The notes under the pieces: generated by a model
Databases searched by the model: none
What the model saw: the letters and a program-made list of their open reading frames with translations, nothing else
Told to the model about the DNA's origin: nothing
Part shown: positions 1 through 7,443 of the stretch, piece by piece
How the letters are laid out: every line of letters starts with the position of its first letter
Numbering within the stretch: position 1 is the first letter of the stretch
Translations under genes and position numbers: made by a program
Assembly: GCA_041482675.1 (NCBI GenBank)
Contig: JBGPEF010000001.1
Span: forward strand, 1 to 43,434
DNA from: Tepidisphaeraceae bacterium
GTDB lineage: Bacteria; Planctomycetota; Phycisphaerae; Tepidisphaerales; Tepidisphaeraceae
DNA length: 43,434 nucleotides
Direction: 5' to 3'

Positions 1-638
1 AGGCCGTTGCTGGCGGTGGTGCCGCCGCCGGTTCCACCGCCGCCGGTCCCGCCGCCGCCGCCGGCCGTGGGGGCGTATGGGGTGACGCGGAGCCAGTTGA
101 AGCTGCCGAGGGAGGCTGCGCCGACGGCGTTGAGCACGAGGCGGAGGGTGTGGGTTCCGGCGGTGAGGGGGATGGGGCCGGTTTTCAGTGTCCAGTAAGT
201 TTGGAAGCTGCCGGTGTTGGGGATGGGGATTCCGCCGCTGACGTTGCGGCCCTCCCATTCGTAGTGCAGGCTGCCGCCGGATTTGGGGGAGGCGACGCGG
301 GTTTCGATGAAGTAGTTGGTGGTGGTGGGGACAGTGACGGTGTAGGCGAGCCACTCGCCGGGGGCGGTGTCGGCGACGGCAAAGCCAGCGCCGGCATCGG
401 CGGTGGCTTGGATATCGACGGCTTCGGTGGTGCGCAGCGCGCCGCCGAGATTGGCGGCGGTGGTGTCGTGATAACCGACGCCTTCGCCGCCGAGATCGAA
501 ATGCTCGGCTTCGATTTTCTGGCCGACGAGAAAGGGAGTGCCGAGATAGGCGCTGAGCAGCCGTCGGTTTTCGAGATGTTCGATTGCGAATGAGATGGGT
601 TGTCTGGACGCGTGCTGGCGGGAGCGTTGAAAGTTCAT
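1..638 (-). CDS. Secreted carbohydrate-binding (CBM6/CBM35-like) protein, partial; the C-terminus lies beyond the window start
   Basis: This ORF is absent from the track because it has no stop codon inside the window. ATG on the minus strand at 638..636. My translation: MNFQRSRQHASRQPISFAIEHLENRRLLSAYLGTPFLVGQKIEAEHFDLGGEGVGYHDTT...GEWLAYTVTVPTTTNYFIETRVASPKSGGSLHYEWEGRNVSG...GSFNWLRVTP, followed by a Gly/Thr-rich linker. The IEAExFD...GEW..Y.V......Y....RVA pattern is typical of CBM6-type modules. The plus-strand ORFs 7..198 and 150..593 are shadows. Confidence 0.7.
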   Translation of the reverse strand, partial: MNFQRSRQHASRQPISFAIEHLENRRLLSAYLGTPFLVGQKIEAEHFDLGGEGVGYHDTTAANLGGALRTTEAVDIQATADAGAGFAVADTAPGEWLAYTVTVPTTTNYFIETRVASPKSGGSLHYEWEGRNVSGGIPIPNTGSFQTYWTLKTGPIPLTAGTHTLRLVLNAVGAASLGSFNWLRVTPYAPTAGGGGGTGGGGTGGGTTASNG

Positions 639-955
639 ACCGACCTTTCGTTGTGAACCTCACAGAAAGTACAGACGGGCGGCGGTGAAGGCTGCGCAAG
701 AAATCCGGCCGGTGCGGAGCCGGGCGGGCTCAACGCGTCTGGCGCGAGCGTGCGTGGGATTGATGAGATTGTTGCAGAAAAGCAGGGCGGGCCTCATCCC
801 CCGTGTGAGGCCCGCCGAAAGAACTCCAAAGCAGTGCGGTGGGGTGGTCATGGGGTCAGTAGAAAATCTGGTCGATGGTTAACAAAATGCTTTCATTTAA
901 CTCAGAAATATGCTCAGCACTGGCCAGATGGACCAGCGCGAAAATTGATAATGAG

Positions 956-984
956 CCGGCGGTTGAAAACGCTTCAACCGCCGG
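956..984. other. Perfect 12-bp GC-rich stem-loop (CCGGCGGTTGAA / TTCAACCGCCGG, 5-nt loop) in a long non-coding stretch
   Basis: Read directly: left arm 956..967, loop aacgc, right arm 973..984. Confidence 0.6.
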
Positions 985-1060
985 TTCGGCAAGGTGGGGT
1001 CTGAATGTTGAGTGCCGCTGGGTCATGATGGGGAACGACTCCGTAGATCCACTGGCCCCC

Positions 1061-1100
1061 TGGGCGTGCTGGTGTTGGACTCGTAGCGCCAGCACGCCCA
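1061..1100. other. 12-bp stem-loop (TGGGCGTGCTGG ... CCAGCACGCCCA, 16-nt loop) in the same non-coding stretch
   Basis: Read directly: arms 1061..1072 and 1089..1100. Confidence 0.55.
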
Positions 1101-1517
1101 GAAACAGGGGTGAGGTGTGTCTAATCAGTCGGGGGACTTGCGAATGGGAGCGGCGGGAGAAACGTGGGACTCGGGGATGCAGAAGTATGGTTGGATGGTG
1201 TTCATAGACTCGGGTTGCGACCCTGCGTCGAGCAGCCTGGCTGATTAGGCCTTTACCCCGGCTGGTGACATCTCGATTTACGGGTCTGGTCCTGTCTTTC
1301 GTCTTGCCGAAGGAGAAGAACAGCAAATTTTGCACCGTGAGTGCCCGGTCGGCCGTTCTGGTGGTCTGGATTTAATTTGGGAAATCTTTGGAGGGCGTCC
1401 AAGGATTCTCGGCAGCACTTGCGTCTGCCCGTCGTAGTTTTTCGGGCGTAAATGCGGCGACAGAATGATGAGGCGATTGACGGAATGGCCGAGAAAGAAT
1501 GTCCGGTGAGCGGGGGG

Positions 1518-2675
1518 TCAGCCGCCGGTGGCGATGTTGAGATGGATGCGGCCGCTCGTGCCGTTGTAACCGTCAACGGCGATGGCGTAGGTGGTTCCTT
1601 TGGTCGCCTGGAAGGTGACGCGACTGGTGCCGGTGTCGGTGCTGGGGTCGTCATCGTTGCGGGCGATGCGGGTGAGGTCGCTGAGAACATCACCTGTATA
1701 AACGGCCAGGACGGTGTCGAAGGAGCTGCCGGCGGTGGTCATGGTTATCCGGCCGCTGGTGGGGGCGGTCCAGGACCACCAGACGGACGAACCGCCATTG
1801 CCGTTGGCGTGATCTTCGCCGCTCTCGAGGGTGGCGAGCGTGTTGTTGCCGGTGGTGCTGACGGAGGGGCCCTGGAGGGTGATGCGGTTGGCGAAGTTGT
1901 CATTGCGCGGAGGCTTGATTTCGCGCAGGTTGACCATGATGCGGGCGGTGTTGTTCTTTTCGTTGGATTCGCGGATGTGATTGTGGGGATCGGCGACGAC
2001 TTCGAGCCAGTATTTGTTGGGCTTGACGTTGGTGATGTCGATCCACTGATCGGCCAGAGTGGAACTGTACACGTCGGCCCAGCCGACGGAAATTCCCTGT
2101 TTTTTGGAATCGCAGACGAAGTAATTTCCATCGGTGGAGGTGTTTGGGAGAGTTGTTGGCCATTCGTCGACATCGGTGAGGCAGAAGCTGGTTTTTGTGC
2201 CGCCCGCGATGATTTTTCCCACGCCGCCGTTGGGCAAAACGGAGCGGAGGCGATAGGAGGAGAAGTCGTCGAAGTGGGTGTGATGATGCGCGGGATGATA
2301 GGTGAAAGTGCCGGAAAGGCGATCGCTGTACGTGCCATCATCGTTATAGATGCGCTGATAAACATTCTGGCCGGCGGTGGTGTGGCTGCCGCCGCGCAGC
2401 TCGAGGGGGCCCGCGCCGATGTTGGCGATGGCGGTGGTGAGGCGGAGCAGGAGATGGCCGGGCTGCTCGGTGCGATCGAGATTCCAGCCGTAGATGTAGT
2501 CACGGCGGCGGTTGGCCCAGGGAAGGAGGTCGGGGAGATTGGCGTGGGCGGAGGTTGTGGCGGCGGGGGCCGGTTCTGGGTCGGTGGTGAGGGTGGGAGT
2601 GGCGGCGCTGCACAGCAGGCGAGATTCGAGGGGTTCGAAGAGTGGGGGGCGTGTGGGTGAAGGGTCTGGGCGCAT
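1518..2675 (-). CDS. Lysyl oxidase-family (copper amine oxidase, LTQ-type) protein with a C-terminal pre-peptidase (PPC)-like domain
   Basis: His-rich copper site YHPAHHHTHFDDF. The segment KKQGISVGWADVYSSTLADQWIDITNVKPNKYWLEVVADP closely parallels the animal LOX core (GLSPGCYDTY...CQWIDITDVKPGNY). The C-terminal NDNFANRITLQG...GEDHA...SVWWSWTAP..G...FDTVLAVYTG..L..L..IARNDD block is PPC-like. The N-terminus carries LFEPLESRLLCSA. Confidence 0.85.
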   Translation of the reverse strand: MRPDPSPTRPPLFEPLESRLLCSAATPTLTTDPEPAPAATTSAHANLPDLLPWANRRRDYIYGWNLDRTEQPGHLLLRLTTAIANIGAGPLELRGGSHTTAGQNVYQRIYNDDGTYSDRLSGTFTYHPAHHHTHFDDFSSYRLRSVLPNGGVGKIIAGGTKTSFCLTDVDEWPTTLPNTSTDGNYFVCDSKKQGISVGWADVYSSTLADQWIDITNVKPNKYWLEVVADPHNHIRESNEKNNTARIMVNLREIKPPRNDNFANRITLQGPSVSTTGNNTLATLESGEDHANGNGGSSVWWSWTAPTSGRITMTTAGSSFDTVLAVYTGDVLSDLTRIARNDDDPSTDTGTSRVTFQATKGTTYAIAVDGYNGTSGRIHLNIATGG

Positions 2676-2854
2676 CTTTATCCTCGGGTGCGAAACTCAA
2701 TGGTGAAGCGGAGTGGTGTGGAACACATCGGTCGGCCAGGCCGGTGATGCAGTTGCCGTGCCGAAACATCGCGGGCCGCCGGACCCATCTTACAGGAAGA
2801 AGTCGGAATTCAGAAGTGAGAATTTGGAGGTGAGATAGATGACAGAGAATTAAC

Positions 2855-2887
2855 GAAAAAAAAAGGACCAGGCTTCAAGAAGCCTGG
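2855..2887 (-). terminator. Rho-independent terminator (minus strand)
   Basis: CCAGGCTTC-aa-GAAGCCTGG (2868..2887). On the minus strand it is followed by TCC plus a run of nine T (complement of A9 at 2856..2864). It lies about 280 nt downstream of the methyltransferase stop. Confidence 0.75.
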
Positions 2888-3080
2888 GCGTGCAGTGTGT
2901 TTCTGCTGCGGATGACGATCTCTTCATGAAGAGAAGTCATCACGACAAGAGCTGCCGAAGCAGCCGCGTGCATCGCGGGAGCGCGGGGCGATCGCAGGGT
3001 GTTGGGATGCCATCTCGATGGGGAGGGTATGCGACGGAAAGGAAATTCAGCACGTGTGAGGGCGTCGATCGCACAGGGCT

Positions 3081-3157
3081 CGGCGGCTGAAGCCGCCGCT
3101 ACGAAAGATGGCGGACAGGAATGTCCGCCCCACCAGATGGCGGAGAGGAATGTCCGC
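3081..3157. repeat. Cluster of three REP-like palindromes, two in tandem (29-nt period)
   Basis: CGGCGGCT-ga-AGCCGCCG (3081..3098). GGCGGACA-ggaa-TGTCCGCC (3110..3129). GGCGGAGA-ggaa-TGTCCGC (3139..3157, one mismatch). The unit AGATGGCGGA(C/G)AGGAATGTCCGC is repeated at 3106 and 3135. Confidence 0.8.
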
Positions 3158-3167
3158 AGCAATGGCC

Positions 3168-4079
3168 TTAGCGCTTTTGGAGGATGACGGCGGTTTGGTA
3201 GGCCTCAGCGCGGGGTTCGATGGAGAGGATTTGGAAGTATTGGCCCCACTCTTTGCGGATCCAGTTGGTGTTGAAGACGGTGAAGATGCGATCCCAGTCG
3301 CCGTTGCCGAAGATGGTGAGGTCGCCGGTGGGGGCGGTGGAGACATCCTCCGGGGTGAGCCAGTTGGGGCGGTCTTCGGGGACTTCGCGGAAATATTGGA
3401 GGGTGTGTTCGTCGTGGATGGTGAAGATGGCGTGGCCGCCGGGGGCGAGGATGCGGCGGAATTCCATGAGCCAGACATCAATGAGGTGATAGAGGTGAGT
3501 GAAGATGGAAATGCCGTAGATGAAGGAGAAAAAGTTGTCGGGGAAAGGGAGATGGGGGTAGGCGGTGCAGGTGAGGAATTTGAAGGGGGGCGAAAGATTT
3601 TCTTTGCACCAGGCGATGTGGGGGCCGGCCTGGTCGATGCCCCAGAATTCGGTGCGGCGAGCTTCGGGTTCGAAGTGGCGCAGGACGCGGCCGGAGGCGC
3701 AGCCCCATTCGAGGGCGGGGCCGTGGGTGAGATTGATGGAGTGTTGCGTGGCGAGGCGGTGGAGCCAGGCGCTGGTGTATTGGCCGCTGCCGAGGAAATC
3801 GCTGTCATCGTCGGCGTAGTAGGCCATGCGCAGATCGGGGGGAGGGATGGGGAGGGGATCGGTGGGAGTTCGGGCGGGGGCGGTTGAGCGGGTCCAGACG
3901 AGTTTGTGATCGCCGACGGATTGGAATCCAGGGGGCAAGTACAGGGAGTTGAGAATGCCATTGGCCGTGAGAGGCGAGGCGCGGCGGATGAGCTGTTTGA
4001 CCTTGCCTTTGACGGCGGTGGGAACGAATCGTTGCGCGGCGTCGGTGAAATTCATGGGCAAAACTCCAAGGGGGCGCAT
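3168..4079 (-). CDS. Class I SAM-dependent methyltransferase
   Basis: Motif I-like LEWGCASGRVLRHF, then IDQ...(acidic loop) and RILAPGGHAIFTIHD (post-I/II motifs). The start could instead be the internal ATG at 4055 (MNFTDAAQ). Confidence 0.75.
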   Translation of the reverse strand: MRPLGVLPMNFTDAAQRFVPTAVKGKVKQLIRRASPLTANGILNSLYLPPGFQSVGDHKLVWTRSTAPARTPTDPLPIPPPDLRMAYYADDDSDFLGSGQYTSAWLHRLATQHSINLTHGPALEWGCASGRVLRHFEPEARRTEFWGIDQAGPHIAWCKENLSPPFKFLTCTAYPHLPFPDNFFSFIYGISIFTHLYHLIDVWLMEFRRILAPGGHAIFTIHDEHTLQYFREVPEDRPNWLTPEDVSTAPTGDLTIFGNGDWDRIFTVFNTNWIRKEWGQYFQILSIEPRAEAYQTAVILQKR

Positions 4080-4159
4080 GCGGCCGACCAGTCACAACAT
4101 TTAACTGGATTGGAGCGATTTGCTGAAGGTGCAAAGTTTCGCGATTTGTTCGAGGCGCA

Positions 4160-4193
4160 AAGAAACAGGGGCGGACACGGGTTTCCGCCCCTG
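4160..4193 (-). terminator. Rho-independent terminator of the S8 protease gene (minus strand)
   Basis: CAGGGGCGGA-cacgggtt-TCCGCCCCTG (4166..4193). On the minus strand it is followed by TTTCTTTG. Confidence 0.7.
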
Positions 4194-4222
4194 ATGGGGG
4201 TCAATCGAATCGATGAAGAGGA

Positions 4223-5698
4223 TCAGGCAAATTTGAACCAATCGAGGTTGCCGGCGGCGTTGCCGCCGCCGATGGTGAGGTAGACATCATGGACGCCGGT
4301 GGCGCGGGTGATGGAGGTGCCCTGGAGCTTGTAGATTCCAAAGCCTCCAGTGGCGTAGAGCTTGAGGGTGCCGAGGAGCTTGCCTTTGCCGAGGGGGCCG
4401 TCGATGGTGATGAAGATGGCGCGGCCGGTGTAGGCATAGCTGACGCCGATGCTGGCCATGAACTTGGTTGCGCCGGTGGAGCCGAAGTTGACGCCCTTGT
4501 AACCAACCCAGTCGTTGCTATCGAGGGAGCCGATGTTGGCGGAAGATTTGACGACGCCGCCGCTCTGCATGTTGTAGGTTTCGGCCTGGATGGTGTTAAA
4601 GGCCCAGCGCGTGGTGGCTGGTATGGGGGTGGGAGTGGGCGATGGAGCCGGGGGTGGAGAGGCCTGGCCGGAACGGGAGTAGGCGAGGGCGATGGCGGCG
4701 TCGAGGTCGAGGCCTTTGTAGGTTTGTCTGCTGATGGGGTCGTAAACGGGGTGACCGCTGTCGTGAAGGATGGAGACGAGCTGGTTCATGGAGAAGTTGG
4801 GGTTGACCTGTTTGATCAAGACGCCGGCGGCGGTGCCGAAGGGAGCGGAGTAGCTGGTGGCGGTGCCGCCGGGCCAGAAGGTGGTGCCGCGATCGAGAAG
4901 GGGGACCTGGCTGCCGGGGGCGACGAGGTCGAGGCTGGGGCCGCGGCTGGAGATGGAGGCCATGGTCTGATTTTGATTTTCGGCGGCGACGGACATGGCG
5001 TAGGGGCTGCCGGCGGGCATGGAGTAGATGTTGTTGTAGTTGTAGCCGTTGCCGCTGGAGGCGGCGATGAAGACGCGGTTGTTCCAGAGGGTGGCGAGCT
5101 CGTCCTGGATCTGCGAATAGCCGGAGGGGCCGACGTCGAGGGACATGTTGACGGCGTCGATGCCGTAGCGTTTGTAGTTGGCGATGACCCACTGGAGGGC
5201 TTTTTCGACGTTGCCGATGCTCCAGTGGAGGTTGGCATCAACGACCTTGAGCGGGATGACTTTGGCGCCGGCGGCGACGCCCTGATATTCCCTGCCATCG
5301 CCGCTGTAGCCGCGGGTGTTGCCGGTGTTGACGAAGCGATCGGCGACCATGTAGCCGGCGGTCATGGTGCCGTGGCCCTGGTCGTCGGAGGGATTGTTGT
5401 CGTTGCTGACGTAGTCCCAGCCGTGGATGTCGTCGATTTTGCCGTCGTGGTCGTCGTCGATGTGGTTGCCGGCGATTTCGCCGGGGTTGGTCCAGATGCG
5501 GCCGGCGAGCTTGGGATGGTTGAAGTTGATGCCGCTGTCGATATCGACGATGACCTGGCCGTTGCCATTGATGGAAGGATATTTGCTGACCGCGTAGTCC
5601 TGGTCCATGAGCATGGCGGTGTTGCCCCAGGAGAGGAGTTGACGCGGTTCAAGTGTTTCCAGGGAGCAGGAAGCCCCTCGCGAATTCTTCTTTGCCAT
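4223..5698 (-). CDS. Subtilisin-like serine protease (peptidase S8) with a C-terminal CBM6/CBM35-like module
   Basis: Catalytic-triad contexts: VIVDIDSGINFNHP (Asp), DDQGHGTMTAG (His), GGTATSYSAPFGTAAG (Ser). A PPPAPSPTPTP linker follows, then NTIQAETYN...NDWVGYKGVNFG...LDWFKFA, which is CBM6-like. The N-terminus carries SLETLEPRQLLSW. The plus ORF 4289..5707 is a shadow. Confidence 0.88.
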   Translation of the reverse strand: MAKKNSRGASCSLETLEPRQLLSWGNTAMLMDQDYAVSKYPSINGNGQVIVDIDSGINFNHPKLAGRIWTNPGEIAGNHIDDDHDGKIDDIHGWDYVSNDNNPSDDQGHGTMTAGYMVADRFVNTGNTRGYSGDGREYQGVAAGAKVIPLKVVDANLHWSIGNVEKALQWVIANYKRYGIDAVNMSLDVGPSGYSQIQDELATLWNNRVFIAASSGNGYNYNNIYSMPAGSPYAMSVAAENQNQTMASISSRGPSLDLVAPGSQVPLLDRGTTFWPGGTATSYSAPFGTAAGVLIKQVNPNFSMNQLVSILHDSGHPVYDPISRQTYKGLDLDAAIALAYSRSGQASPPPAPSPTPTPIPATTRWAFNTIQAETYNMQSGGVVKSSANIGSLDSNDWVGYKGVNFGSTGATKFMASIGVSYAYTGRAIFITIDGPLGKGKLLGTLKLYATGGFGIYKLQGTSITRATGVHDVYLTIGGGNAAGNLDWFKFA

Positions 5699-6540
5699 CG
5701 TAGCTGAAGCTCCATTCGATAAATCAAATCCGAACCGTGCAGTATGTCCCTGCTCCGCCGAGCGGACGGGGGACGCGGTGAAGATGTTGAGTTGCCCTCA
5801 AAACGGCCTGCCTCAATGCGGGCCGTACATAAAATGATCCGAACGCGTGGTGCGGCACGGGTGTGATCGGCGACCGATTCGAAGGCCGATGACGGTGTGC
5901 CTGCCTCGGATGGAGTCGCTTTTTTGAGATTACAGCGAGACCATTGCACCCGAAATGCGGGCGGAAAATACATCAGTTGTCGGTGGATGCGAAGCTACTC
6001 GGGAAGCGCCTCGTCATCGCACACAGAGTTAGTTGTCCCGCGCGGAAGGATCTCCGCAACTTCTTCGAATCAGCTCATAGCCAAAGAGCAGCCGAAGCCT
6101 CCGACCCTTTGCCTGAAGCGGGCGAGCATTGCGATTGCCGGATGTGCATTGGTGTGCTGAAGCACGCACTTTGCATACCCGATAATTTGCCGCCGCCCGG
6201 AGCTTGAGAAATGTGACGGCTTCTCAGCTCCTATTGTCGCAGACGCCTCAGGAAGGACGCCGAGCGACTCGATCCGAATCAGGGACGATCAATTCGCCAG
6301 TAGCGACTTGAGATTGACCTAAATAAGGGGAGGTGTAGCGCGGGTCAAGGCGGAAAAAACAGAATGAGTAAAAAATTTGTGGCAGGCAGACGCGACCATA
6401 AATGCGCAAAAACGGCCGAATAATCAAGGTTTTGAGCGAACATTCTCGACGGTGATTACAGCGCGGGCATCGGAGTACCGCTGCCCATGCCACCCAATCG
6501 TTGTGGCTAGTTGCACGGTTGAAAGTTAGATTCAGCGCGC

Positions 6541-7443
6541 ATGGCGCTGAGGATTTTGTTTGCGGGAAGCGGAGAGTTTGGAGCGCCGTCGCTGGATGCG
6601 CTGGTGAGCGCGGGGAATGAAATTGTGGGAGTGATTTCGCAGCCGGATCGGCCGGCGGGGCGGGGGCGGGAGATGATGGGGACGCCGATCGCGCGAGTGG
6701 CGGGCGAGCGCGGACTGAAAGTGTTGAAGACGGGGAACATCAACGAAGAAAAACTGGAAGCGGCGGATCTGCTGGTGGTGATTGCGTTTGGGCAGAAGAT
6801 CGCGCCGCAAATTGTGAATCAGCCGCGGTTGGGGTCGGTGAATTTGCATGCTTCGCTGTTGCCGAAGTATCGGGGGGCAGCTCCGATTAATTGGGCGATT
6901 ATGGGTGGGGAGAAGCGGACGGGGAATTCGGTGATTCGGCTGGCGCAGCGAATGGATGCGGGGGCGATATTGGGACAGAGTGAAATTGAGATTGGGGAGT
7001 TGGAGACGGCGGGGGAGTTGCATGATCGGCTGGCCGTGGACGGCGCGGAGTTGTTGGTGAAAGTGGTGGGGGAATTGGAAAAGGGGGTTGTCATTGAGAA
7101 AGTGCAGGATGAGGGGTTGGCGACGTTGGCGCCGAAATTGAATCGGGAGGCGGCGCGGATTGATTGGAAGGCGAATGCGGAGGCGATTGCGCGGAAGATC
7201 AGGGGGCTTTATCCGTGGCCGGGTTGTCGGGTGAAGGTGGGGCGGGAGTTGACGCTGGTGCGAGCTCGTGCGCGCGAGGCGGCGGGGGAGGCGGGAGTAA
7301 TTGGATCAGCGGGATTGGTGGGCGCGGGGAGAGGATCGGTGGAGATCGTGGAAGTTCAGCCGGAGGGGAAGCGGGCGATGTCGTTGGCGGCGTATCGGAA
7401 TGGACACTCGTGGGAGGCGGGGATGAGGGTGGAATCGTTGTGA
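6541..7443 (+). CDS. fmt: Methionyl-tRNA formyltransferase
   Basis: RILFAGSGEFGAPSLDAL...VISQPDRPAGRGRE...VNLHASLLPKYRGAAPINWAIMGGEKRTGNSVIRL..MDAG.IL is the canonical Fmt signature. Length is 300 aa. An rsmB gene follows, matching the conserved fmt-rsmB synteny. No def gene lies upstream. Confidence 0.95.
   Translation: MALRILFAGSGEFGAPSLDALVSAGNEIVGVISQPDRPAGRGREMMGTPIARVAGERGLKVLKTGNINEEKLEAADLLVVIAFGQKIAPQIVNQPRLGSVNLHASLLPKYRGAAPINWAIMGGEKRTGNSVIRLAQRMDAGAILGQSEIEIGELETAGELHDRLAVDGAELLVKVVGELEKGVVIEKVQDEGLATLAPKLNREAARIDWKANAEAIARKIRGLYPWPGCRVKVGRELTLVRARAREAAGEAGVIGSAGLVGAGRGSVEIVEVQPEGKRAMSLAAYRNGHSWEAGMRVESL

Noticed and set aside
1452-2660. A 402-aa plus-strand ORF, plus similar G/A/V/D-rich ORFs at 150..593, 3108..3887, 4289..5707, 15693..16436, 17022..17984, 18135..18890, 19460..20014, 20854..21861, 22009..23409, 26946..27566, 35691..36551, 36606..37223 and 41828..42940
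   Set aside because: All lie antisense to genes with strong family signatures. All show the Gly/Ala/Val/Asp-rich low-complexity composition typical of shadow frames in GC-rich genomes.
3106-3157. Possible CRISPR-like array, considered for the tandem 29-nt units here and for the heptamer arrays at 28948..29048
   Set aside because: There are only two units here, with an essentially absent spacer, and no cas genes. The heptamer arrays are microsatellite-like and lie inside a CDS. Neither resembles a CRISPR repeat-spacer organisation.
2875-3162. A 95-aa minus-strand ORF in the gap downstream of the methyltransferase
   Set aside because: It reads straight through three REP-like palindromes and into the terminator stem. 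Its composition is not protein-like, so I treated it as a structured non-coding tail.
6248-6493. An 81-aa minus ORF with a CPRC motif, plus overlapping 87-aa plus-strand ORFs at 5897..6207, in the fmt upstream gap
   Set aside because: No SD or start context, mutually overlapping frames, and implausible composition. I kept these only as part of the long non-coding gap finding.
7164-7439. A 5' extension of the rsmB ORF that overlaps the end of fmt
   Set aside because: The extension encodes Gly-rich junk (GGGGGSNWISGIGGRGERIGG) and would overlap fmt by about 280 nt. The GTG at 7440 overlapping the fmt stop gives a normal RsmB N-terminus.
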